From the NCBI RefSeq assembly GCF_006345805.1, contig NC_042998.1, forward strand, positions 50,468,001 to 50,532,000: DNA of 64,000 bases. Direction: 5' to 3'. The DNA is from Octopus sinensis. Its lineage: Eukaryota. The translations under genes were made by a program, and so were the position numbers. Under the pieces are notes generated by a model. The model was not told the DNA's origin, made no database searches, and was given only the letters and a program-made list of their open reading frames with translations. Below, in pieces: positions 53,142 through 64,000 of the stretch; within the stretch, counting starts at the first letter, position 1, and every line of letters starts with the position of its first letter.

Positions 53142-53730
53142 AATACTCTTTTCTACTCCGGGCACAAGGCCCGAAAGTTTTGGGGAGAAGGCCAGCTGAT
53201 TAGATAAATCTCAGTACGCAACTGGTACTTAATTTATCGACCCCGAAAGGATGAAAGACAAAGTCGACCTCGGTGGAATTTGAACTCAGCACGTAAAGCC
53301 AGACGAAATACCTATTTCTTTACTACCCACAAGGGGCTAAACACAGGAGGACAAACATGGACAGACAAATGGACTAAGTCGATTATATCGACCCCAGTGC
53401 GTAACTGGTACTTATTTAATCGACCCCGAAAGGATGAAAGGCAAAGTTAACCTCGACGGAATTTGAACTCAGAACGTAGCGGCGGACGAAATACCTATTT
53501 CTTTACTACCCACAAGGGGCTAAACAAAGAGAGAACAAACAAGGATAGACAAACGGATTAAGTCGATTATATCGACCTCAGTGCGTAACTGGTACTTAAT
53601 TTATCGACCCCTAAAGGATGAAAGGCAAAGTCGACCTCGGCGGAATTTGAACTCAGAACGTAACGGCGGACGACATACCGCTAAGCATTTCGCCTGGCCT
53701 GCTGACGTTTCTGCCAGCTTGCCGCCTGAA
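53142..53730 (-). mobile_element. SINE-B concatemer: one head, three bodies, ~183-nt period
   Basis: Junction gacgaaatac|ctatttctttactacc at ~53312 and ~53495. Confidence 0.88.
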
Positions 53731-54704
53731 GTGTACCTGATATTGTTACATAGTATATATATATGTGTTGTGTGTGTGTGTGTGTGTGTATGTGTGTGTA
53801 AACACACATACATATATGCATACATTCATACGCACGTACATATCTCTCTCCATCTGTTTTCTTCCCTCAATTTTGTTTTTCTCTAGAGGAGCGTTGGCTC
53901 GAAACGTTGATGACTCTTTCCAGTGTCCCTGAGCGTTTAACTACCACCCCATGTTTGTTACTCTTTCACTTGCCTGTTTTTTTTTGTGTATATCTCTAGA
54001 GTATATTTGTGTGTGTGTATACGTGCGCCCGTGTGTACGTGTGTGTACGTGTGTGTACGTGTGTACGTGTGTGTTCTTCTGTATGTCTATGTGTGCGTGT
54101 GTGTGTGTATGGGTAAATTTGAGAAAGAGAGAGAGAGAGAGATTAAAAATGTAACAAAGAACCAGTGATGGAATTTAGTTATACATAATAATACAAACAT
54201 ATATTGATACATAAATATATTTTACGCTAATGCCAAATTAAGAGTTAAACAGTAATGTGGGAGAGATAACAGCTAAGAAGGAAAAGTATAAATTATCTTT
54301 TAATCGGCTGGCAAATTAATTAAATGGGAATTTGTGAGAAAAACTATTCCTTGAAAGCTAATGGTAATTAAGGCAGAAGGAAAATTGGAATAATTTATTT
54401 GTACTTAAAAATATGGACACAAATAATCAATAGCCCATAGAGAAAAATTTTATTGGGAATATCTAATGTGTATGTGAAGCAAATAATCGTCATAAATTCA
54501 TCTAATTATTATGTTTCCCTACTTTGCAGTGGATTCCAAGAAAATATCAAATATACCGACACTATTAATAAACTATAAACACCGATAGACAAAATAAACA
54601 TCTTGCACAAAAGCTTTGTTGCGCTTCAAGAATTATCAACCACAATGCAAACAGTGTAAAATATTGTATCATGCTACACCATACCGCATTTCACATAAAA
54701 TATT

Positions 54705-55055
54705 GGTTTCAAATTTTGGCACAGAGCCAGCAAATTTTGTCACAAAGCCAAGACTTGACTGGTATTACGTTTATGGACCCCGAAAGGATTAAAGATAAAG
54801 TTGACCTCTCCGGAATTTGAACTCAGAACGAAACGACGGACGAAAGGCTTATAAGCATTTTGCCCGATATGCTTACGATTCTGCCAGCCCGTCGCCTAAA
54901 TTTCTCGCAAAATATTCTTTTCTACTCTAGGCACAAAGCCTGAAATTTTGGGACGAGGGGTCACTCGATTAGACTGACCCCTTTACGCAACTGGTACTTA
55001 ATTTATCCGTCCTGAAAGGATGAAAGGCAAAGTCGACCTCGGCGGAATTTGAATT
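54705..55055 (-). mobile_element. Two tandem SINE-B copies
   Basis: cccgaaaggattaaagataaag... and cctgaaaggatgaaaggcaaagtcgacctcggcgg. Confidence 0.8.
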
Positions 55056-55264
55056 TCACACAAAATATTGTCACTTCTTTCAACTACTACAAAGTGAATG
55101 TCCCTCCATACATTACCAACACAAGTTTTTCTTACAGCATTAACCCTAACAATTATCGTTTAATGTGAAAATATCACTTAAATGAGGAATTATCTTGGAT
55201 ATACATTTTCCTCACTTAGAACCCATTTGCATTTTATCAACATACAAGCTCAGCGGCCAAAATA

Positions 55265-55832
55265 TTGGGTTGTCCGGAAAGTTCGTGCCGATTTTTAAAG
55301 GAAAGAAAAAGGTCAATAAATACTTGCCATTATATTTTTAATCAACCAAATATGAATCATTTTGTTGCACATTGCGTTTCCATATTTCCTTTAATTTGAA
55401 AATACCCTCTTCCCAGAATTGAGGTGGTTTCATGGCAAAGAATTCATCAAGGTATCTGTTTACGTCATTCAAGGAATTGAAATTTTTACCATTAAGACTA
55501 TTCTGTAGAGACCTGAATAAGTGGAAATCCAAAAGAAGCAATATCTGGTGGATATGGAGAGTGGGGTAACACATCACAGCCGAGCTGCAGCAATTTTTGT
55601 CTGGTTCCCAAAGCATCAAGTGCCGAAAATGACCTTTCTTATCTTCCATTTTAAAGGATACACAGAATTAACACAGGTTATAGGAACATAAACCTTCTTC
55701 CATGAAAAGATAGCTTAAACTGTGCTCTAAATGGAGGTGTAGTCACATCCTATTTTATAGACTCAACCATGTTCTAAAATAAGTCGAAATGTAAGCTACT
55801 ATAAATCGGCACGAACTTTCCGGACAACCCAA
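55265..55832 (-). mobile_element. Non-autonomous mariner, same deletion derivative as 8095-8657
   Basis: Perfect 30-bp TIRs, TA on both sides (55263-55264, 55833-55834), transposase C-terminal remnant. Confidence 0.95.
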
Positions 55833-56379
55833 TACATGCAACAACACTCAATTTTTCAAGCTTGCATAAGATTGAAAGTCACAAATATCTTGCACGGCTT
55901 CAAATGGAAATGTTTTCCAAGAGCAAATTGCTCAATACTATAATAAACCTTGCAACCTAAGCACCAAACCGAGCCATGAAATATTTTTTGCCAAAACATT
56001 TATTCCAAAAGTATAACAACTTGCCGACTAAAACAGTAAAACCTTTCTGGCATAGTCTACTTCTTCTGTTCGCAATTACTAAATCAAGTATTTATATTTT
56101 TTAAATACGCATTCAACAATACCACGCCTTTGGCAAAATCTTTGTTAGAATATTACTTTCAAAACTTATATTGCAAAACTTTGCCGTTTATCTTAATTAT
56201 AGTCTACCATTATAACCCCATAAACAGTTATTTTCATTGTTGTTAAATTATGAACAGACAAGTATTTTATGATTTACACTTGTCTGCTTTTAATTGTATA
56301 TGAGTTTTGTTTAAATATGAGCGTGTGTATGTATGTATCTGAGAGAATGTACATTTGTGTTTAAATGTGTGTTCGTTTG

Positions 56380-56411
<32 letters not shown>

Positions 56412-56420
56412 CTATATATA

Positions 56421-56463
<43 letters not shown>

Positions 56464-56464
56464 T

Positions 56465-56679
56465 AGATAGATATATATATATAGATAGATAGATAGATTA
56501 GATAGATGACAGATAGATAGACAGATAGATAGATAGACAGACAGATAGATAGATAAATAGATAGATAGATGATAGATAAATAGATAGACAGATAGACAGA
56601 TAGACAGATAGATAGATAGATTATAGATAGATAGATAGATAGATAGACAGGCAGATTCAGACAGACAGACAGACCAGAC

Positions 56680-56750
<71 letters not shown>

Positions 56751-56763
56751 TAGACAGACAGAC

Positions 56764-56848
<85 letters not shown>
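56465..56848. repeat. (GATA/GACA)n microsatellite; similar tracts at 1675-1968, 2075-2152, 10835-10940, 17800-17970, 31945-32115
   Basis: Seen directly. Confidence 0.95.
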
Positions 56849-57139
56849 TGTGAGTATGTGCTTGTATATAGCTGCTTGTATATAGATGTATCGATATATG
56901 TGTATATATTATACGTAGATGAAATAATTTTAAATTTTGGTACACACCTTTTAGTATGCCGTTTCAAGCCCGTTTACTGTGTTCGGCTATCTGATATCAT
57001 TAACGGTATCGATTTAAATGCCGCCTCTGAATTAAAGTAATTCCAGTAACGTATAAATCCATACTCTTTATTATACATAGATGTCTATGCTTGTGTGTGT
57101 AGTAACTTTATATTTGTGTGTATGTGTGTATGTATGTAT

Positions 57140-57471
57140 GCTGCTGAGACCCCCTTCGGTCATGACTGACCATGGGATTGCACCTAGAAAGTTACCCTCC
57201 CAGGCACAAGTCCGGGCAAGGTCGTTTATGGAAAACCGGCAGTTGCACATGCATACCGGCCTCTCCTCTCCACGCCACCAGTGTTATCCAAGCGAAAGAC
57301 AACGGCCGATACAGCTTGGCACCTGTGACGTCGCAACTCATTTCTACAGCTGAGTGAACTGGAGCAACGTGAAATAAAGTGTCGTGCTCAAGAGCACAAC
57401 ACGCAGCCCGGTTCCGGGATTCGAACTCGCAACCTCACGATCGTGAGCTCGACGCTCTAACTACTGAGCCA
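57140..57471 (-). mobile_element. SINE-C, near full length
   Basis: ggctcagtagttagagcg...gagttcgaatcccgg tRNA-like head followed by ttgtgctcttgagcacgacac core. Confidence 0.85.
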
Positions 57472-58076
57472 TATATGTATATATATATGTATGCACAAAC
57501 CTGCTAACTCTTACATGTGCAGGCTCAACAAATACACATCAAGAAGCTTTAGTGTTTTACGTAACTGCCTAACCCAAACAAATAAGTGATAGCTTCACAA
57601 TACATATCTAAAGACATTGTTTACCAATGTAGTGTCCAGAAGAATTTTACCTCCAAGACATAAATTGTAATGACATCGAATCCTTTCAAATTCAGTTATA
57701 ATTTTCACATTCCTGTCTTTAGAAACGCGAGTACATACATATCTACGCACATGTGTGTGTGAATGTATGTGTGTGTGTGTGTGTGTTTGTGTGTGTGTGG
57801 TGTGTGTGGTGTGTGTGTGTGTGTGTGTGTGTGAACGTGCCTGTGTTTCTGTGCTAGTGTGTTTGCTTCTGCGCGCATTACAGATAGGAGCATATAAACC
57901 CAAGCAATATAATATTACTTCGTCTAAGCAATACATATTTAGTTACGTAATATGCACAGATAGTCAGATAACAATGTGATATGACTATTTATATGTGAAT
58001 TGAACAAATGTGAACAATGAACTTCCTATAAATCACAAAAAATTACGAACTATTTATTACAATGTAACTGCCCTTG

Positions 58077-58621
58077 TTTCTTTACTGCCCACAAGAGGCT
58101 ACACACAGAGGGGTAGCTGGTACTTATTTAATCGACCTCGAAAGGATGGAAGGCAAAGTCGACCTCGGCGAAATTTGATCTTAGAACGTAACGGCAGACG
58201 AAATACATATTTCTTTACTACCCACAAGTGGCTAAACACAGAGGGGACAAGCAAGGACAGACAAATGGATTAAGTCGATTACATCGACCCAGTGCATAAC
58301 TGGTACTTAATTTATCGACCCCGAAACGATGAAGGGCAAAGTCGACCTCGGCGGAATTTGATCTTAGAACGTAACGGCAGATGAAATACATATTTCTTTA
58401 CTACCCACAAGGGGCTAAACTCAGAGGGGACAAGCAAGGACAGACAAACGGATTAATTCGACTACATCGACCCCAGTGCATAACTGGTACTTAATTTATC
58501 GACTCCGAAAGGATGAAAGGCAGAGTCAACCTCGGCGGAATTTGAACTCAGAACGTAACGGCAGACGAAATACGGCTACGCATTTCGCCCGGCGTGCTAA
58601 CGATTCTACCAGCTCGCCGCT
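58077..58621 (-). mobile_element. SINE-B concatemer: one head, three bodies, ~181-nt period
   Basis: Junction gaaatac|atatttctttactacc twice. Confidence 0.88.
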
Positions 58622-58829
58622 TTGCTCTCTACTATATTAGTATCAAGATCTTTATTATACTTTGCGGCTCTTTTTGTGCTAACAAACAAATTCATTTTGA
58701 TGTATATACATATATATATGCGCGTGTGCTTGTGTGCGTTTTGTCCACACGCATTCATCCATCCATCCCTCCATCTATACACACATGCTTACACACATTA
58801 ATTCCTACATACATACATACATACATACA

Positions 58830-58861
<32 letters not shown>

Positions 58862-59194
58862 CATACACACGTACGTGCAGTAATACACACCACTATTAAA
58901 GAAAAGAACGAGGAATATAGCGCAAATATATCGAAGTTAAGTCATGCCTTCGCTAGCGACACTCCTGGACGTTGATGTAAGAAGCTGTGAAATATTAGAT
59001 CAAAAGACATTTGACCACTGAGGCCTATTGATTTAACCAGCTGCGTGACATGAGATCTCACAAGTCCCATATAACAGTATAGCTCCAAGCCGTTGATGTA
59101 ATTGTATATAGGATGTAGCTGCCAATAATGTTGTTATTATTACCACAGTGCACCAAGCTATCGTTAGAAATATTTTTCTGTAGAAAGAAAATAT

Positions 59195-59214
59195 TATTCC
59201 CATAATTATTATTA

Positions 59215-59275
<61 letters not shown>

Positions 59276-59520
59276 CATCATCATTATTACTATTATTATT
59301 ATTATTGTTATTATTATTGTTATTATTATTATTATTATCATCATTCATTATTATTATTCTATATATTATTATTATTATCATCATCATTATTATTATTTAT
59401 TATTATATTATTATCATCATCATCATCATCATTATCATCATCATTATCATCAACGTGTTGTTGTTGTTGTTGGTGGTGGTGGTGTTCAGTAGAAGCAACA
59501 TTATTATTATTTATTCTGAT
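59195..59520. repeat. Compound (ATT/ATC/GTT)n microsatellite
   Basis: Seen directly. Confidence 0.9.
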
Positions 59521-59659
59521 ATTAATTTTTTTTTCTTTTCTTTCTGTTAGTTGCCGCACGTCTAAAATATATTTCTAAGGGAAGATCTTTCAGCAGCGTG
59601 AGAGATTTATAGCTGAGTGTGTCATCACTATTATATGGTGTGTATGCGTGTGTATATAA

Positions 59660-59728
<69 letters not shown>

Positions 59729-59762
59729 TGTATGTATGTATGTATGTATGTATGTATGTATG

Positions 59763-59802
<40 letters not shown>

Positions 59803-60451
59803 TTATATATATATATGTAAAATTTATATACATATGTATATATTTTTATACAAACACTTGTATACATACATATATATATGTGTGTGTGTGTGTATGTGTC
59901 TTCCTATACAAGCACACACACATACACAAGGTAAAATATTCGTGGAAACATATGCATGCATACATGTATACATGTGTGTGATATATGCCTGTAAATGTAT
60001 GCCTGCCTACATATATACATGTGGGTGGTATTTGTATAGTTAGGGGATATACGAAAGACCAAAAGAAAAAAGACTAACATAAAATTCAATATAACATAAA
60101 ATATAATATAAAATTCAATCAAATATTTTCATATGCAGGGAAAAGAAAGACAACCTGAGCTCATTACAAAATAAGTTCACGTTGTAAAACAGATGGTTCA
60201 TTCATTCATCACGGACATACCATGCGTATACATACAAGAAAAATAACATTTTTCTTACCCTTTGTCATAATAGATAGGGGTTTGAAGTTGCTGAGAATTA
60301 TCCCCCATTGTCATGTTAAGCTCTCAAGTATTCTGAAATAATATATCATATAAATAAGTTGAAATAATGTATGTCGCAAAAATATATATTTGACATTGAC
60401 ACCGCGTTTATGCACCAAAATATATGACTGCCAAAAAGGCAAGCTCAACAT

Positions 60452-60786
60452 CAATGTTTCTCAACCGGGGTCAATAAGACACAAGGTGTGTCTATATAAG
60501 ACTTTGGGGCTCAACGCAAGCAAAATAGTAAGTTGTGATCCCTGTGTCTGTGAATATATTTAGTCATTGATGTATTTATTGCAGGAAATAGTTACGATTC
60601 TTTTTCAAACTTTTTACATAATTCCACCTATACAAGTTAATGTATGTAAAACAAAATAGGAATTTTGAAATAAGTATCTATAGAATTAGTTTTTAAACAA
60701 CGAGTGGTTATGGGGGGGGGGGGTCCACTAGAATAAAATAGTAATCGAAGGGGTCCATAGATAAAAAAAATGGTTGAAAACCATTG
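60452..60786. mobile_element. hAT-type MITE
   Basis: TIRs caatgtttctcaacc / ggttgaaaaccattg; 8-bp TSD ctcaacat / ctctacat (one mismatch). Confidence 0.8.
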
Positions 60787-61431
60787 CTCTACATTAACGT
60801 TTGACTTGTTTGAAACCGCAGTCAAATTCACTCAAATAGTGATCTTTCGACTGGAATCAGGAAGAATATATTGGATAATGCACTTCCAAGGATTTTTCCG
60901 TTGATTTTTTTTTCTTGTAAAAAAGGATTTGTACAAGGCTTTTTGATACAATACGAAATGACCACGTTCTGGATTGTTTTTGATCGTAATTCTGTTCATT
61001 CGGAATTGATGTGGTTTAAATATCAACATCAAACAAGGATCTTTTGGTATGAATAACAACAATCAAAGAATTCTTTGTAGAAACAGTGTCATTTAATTGG
61101 GACTCTTTAAGAATTGCGTAAGAAAAAAAATTAAGTATATATCTTCTACTCATCTTTTTCTTTATAATTCTTTCACTTCAAATTCAAGCTTGAAATCTCA
61201 CCAAATATGAAGAAATGATTATCTCCCTTGTATTAACTGTCCACTAGGGACACCACGGCTCACATCTTAATCTATACAGAACTGACAATGTGTGTACGAT
61301 AGTATGGAAAAGTACATGTGTGCATTTGCATGTGTGTTGTTATTGTTGTTCTTTGGCGATCGAGCAAACCATACCTATGATCAAAGCCTTTGCAGCTGTG
61401 ACCATTCCATATTATAGTCATGCAGTTTATA

Positions 61432-61615
61432 AATATTGGTTTCAAATTTTGGCACAAGGCCAGCAAGTTCTGGGAGGGTCAAGTGCCACTTACTTTATCG
61501 ACCGCGAAAGGATAAGAGGCAAAGTCGATCTTGGCGGAATTTGAACTCAGAACATAAAGACGGACGAAATGCCACCAAGCATTTTGTCCGGCGCGATAAG
61601 GATTCTACCAGCTTA
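61432..61615 (-). mobile_element. SINE-B
   Basis: aaattttggcacaaggccagc...ggcggaatttgaactcagaac. Confidence 0.8.
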
Positions 61616-61869
61616 CAGTCTTACAGTCTATAAATATTAGTGTATGATTTTTCGGAGAAGTATCAGATATTTCTAGGATGTCAAATGGTCATCAGGTGAC
61701 TCACTCATTGGTTCATGTTTGTGTATTTTATGACCGCCCTTGTTTCTGTGATATAATCTTCTTGTTTTAAAGCGATTCTAATTAAAACCTTCCACCAAAA
61801 CATCATGCGAGCGTGTTTCTAACACCAGCTTAATTATTTCAAAATAATTTTACTAAATTCTTCATTAGA

Positions 61870-62240
61870 CGTGGATGTAGCTATGTGGTTGAGTAGTTTG
61901 CTTCCTAACAATGTGGTCTTCAGTTCAGTCCTACTGCGTGGCAACTTTGATAAGTGTCAAAGCCCTATGAGCAGATTTGGTAGACGGAAACTAAAAGAAG
62001 CCTGTAATATTTGTGTGTGCGTGTATGCGTGCCTATCTTTGTGCTTTCATTTGTCCCTCACCACTGCTTGACAACCGGTGACAGTTTGTTTATGTCACTG
62101 TAACTTAGGGGTCCCACAAAAGAAAACGATAAAATAAGTACCAGACTTCATAATAAACCATGGAGTCGATTTGTTCAATTGAATCCTTGAGGGTAGTGTC
62201 CCAGTATGGCCGCAGTCCAGTGACTGGAACAAGTAAAATT
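61870..62240 (+). mobile_element. SINE-A, degenerate
   Basis: gctatgtggttgag...cagttcagtcc head; ccagtatggccgcagtccagtgactggaac tail. Confidence 0.8.
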
Positions 62241-62289
62241 TAAAAGAAAAAAAGATACTTCAGTTCTATATTTAAGAGGTGAGGTGTTA

Positions 62290-62490
62290 TGTACATTATT
62301 TACATTATTTACGTTATTTACATTCGACGGATATCTTTCCTCATCTTGTCGTTTATATCAACGTTTCGGCTGATATAACCTCCAACCTTCTTCGGGCGTC
62401 TGAAGAAGACTGGAGGGTATATCAGCCGAAACTGTGTGTTAACAACAAACAAGATGAGGACAAATATCCGTCGAATGTAAATAATGTAAA
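62290..62490. repeat. PLE-type fold-back with back-to-back decayed hammerheads
   Basis: Centre ~62396; + strand CTGAAGA...GAAA-ctgt, - strand CCGAAGA...GAAA-cg-TT. Confidence 0.75.
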
Positions 62491-63143
62491 AAAAGATACT
62501 TGCTTTCAAAATCGATTTAAAGAAAGAGAATATTTCAATAGACAATTGGTAACGAAAGGATTAACGTTGCCGTTATAACCACTGGACGTTGCAACGAGCC
62601 AAGTCGTTGTAGAATTTTTAAGCGAGACGAATGGATGGAGTGAGTAGCGAAAAGAACTGAAGCGACCTACATATGCACAAGTATGTCAGTGGGTGAAATC
62701 ATCATGAATAGCATGTGAAAGTCGAAAGAGTAGCCAATACATTAGCGAAAACGTGGCATTAACAAAACCGTGATAAACAGATGGGGCCAGAAGATGAACT
62801 TTTTCCGTGAAACTAACGATGACCCACAAACAGTTAGCCGCAGTAGTTGTGATGGAGATGACAACGGTGATTGATGCTTGTTTTAAATGGACATTATATT
62901 TAATAGATAGCCAGCTAAAAGCGGTTATCTTCAGGTATCTGTGACATCCTCGAGAAACATATTTCACATTTAAATATTAATCAAAAGAAATGAGATGACA
63001 GAAGAATTCTCTCTCTCTCTTCTCTCTCTCTCACTCTCTCTCTCTCTATTTCATTAGCACTTCCACACGCACACTTCATCACGCAACCAGATACGCACTT
63101 CTAAATATAATTAGAATGGAATTGTTCCGCTGTTCTCTGTTGC

Positions 63144-63271
<128 letters not shown>

Positions 63272-63377
63272 ATATATATAATTTCAACAATTGAGGGCAA
63301 AATTAATTAATTATTAATCAATTTCACCAAGTGTTCAGTATGCAAAGGGACCATTCAAGGCGAATTCAAATTATTAC

Positions 63378-63648
63378 ATTATATAAAAGGGCTTAGTAAA
63401 ATAAATTACTTTGCCGCATACTGAACTTGTTTTGACTAATCTTGAAACGTACGTTCTCGAATAACCTTAGCATTTGATTTTTCGATGTCCTTACCCCAAA
63501 CTTTTGTGAGTTGAATTAAGCAAACACTATATATGAGAGAGATTTTCTTAAGTATTAGAAATAGCTTTAAAAAAGTTTTTTAGCTGCTATTTCTAATGAG
63601 TTCAGTATGCGGCAAAGTAATTTATTTACTAAGCCCTTTTATATAATA
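63378..63648. repeat. Inverted repeat (~50-bp arms) with an inner hairpin at 63553-63597
   Basis: ataaaagggcttagtaaaataaattactttgccgcatactgaact mirrored at 63599-63648. Confidence 0.8.
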
Positions 63649-63686
63649 TAATATATATATATATATTATATATAATATATATATAT

Positions 63687-63728
<42 letters not shown>

Positions 63729-63766
63729 TTATATACATATATATATTATATATATATATATACATA

Positions 63767-63805
<39 letters not shown>

Positions 63806-63807
63806 TT

Positions 63808-63861
<54 letters not shown>

Positions 63862-63862
63862 C

Positions 63863-64000
63863 CTCACTAGCTATGCTGATGACACAAAGGTAGCACAGGC
63901 AATCAAAACCCAGCTGATGCTGACCTTTTACAACAAGATCTGGATGCCATATACAAATGGGCTGAAACAACAACATGCAATTTAATGCTGGTAAATTTCA
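63863..64000 (+). pseudogene. CR1/L2-group LINE reverse transcriptase fragment, runs off the window
   Basis: LTSYADDTKV...DLLQQDLDAIYKWAE-NNMQFNAGKF with two frameshifts. Confidence 0.85.

Noticed and set aside
56465-56848. GATA/GACA tracts as sex-linked (Bkm-like) markers
   Set aside because: Nothing in the sequence supports linkage; such tracts occur throughout the window, some inside SINEs.
57400-57471. tRNA gene
   Set aside because: Has A and B boxes but no complete cloverleaf, and continues into SINE body sequence; the same applies to the other SINE heads.

Overview
Eukaryotic, AT-rich, extremely repeat-dense DNA. The tRNA-derived SINE families and microsatellite load point to an octopod cephalopod intron or intergenic region; this is inference from remembered repeat sequences, not a database match. 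No intact protein-coding gene, rRNA, true tRNA gene or CRISPR array is supported, and almost all ORF-track entries are microsatellite or repeat read-throughs. Contents: three tRNA-derived SINE families (called A, B, C here), mariner/Tc1 remnants, a hAT MITE, Helitrons, and RTE, CR1-like, R4/Dong-like and Penelope-like (PLE) fragments. Main highlights: (1) Several unrelated non-coding, often fold-back, PLE-type elements carry minimal type-I hammerhead ribozyme (HHR) motifs with palindromic helix III. These include canonical-core copies (27556-27611, 49678-49755, 51378-51455, 20373-20450) and two motifs where the core 3-8 base pair is swapped compensatorily, G3-C8 (501-551) and U3-A8 (48190-48227). 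(2) A 2.15-kb Tx1/L1-type element with only ORF1 (zinc knuckle) and an apparent 5'-UTR intron sits in the tRNA-like head of a SINE with a 15-bp target-site duplication (21718-23863). (3) Retroposons have piled up in an (AAT)n tract, including a shrunken R4/Dong element (32120-34587). (4) There is a decayed ~2-kb ORF of unknown family (15030-17200) and a few candidate host exons.
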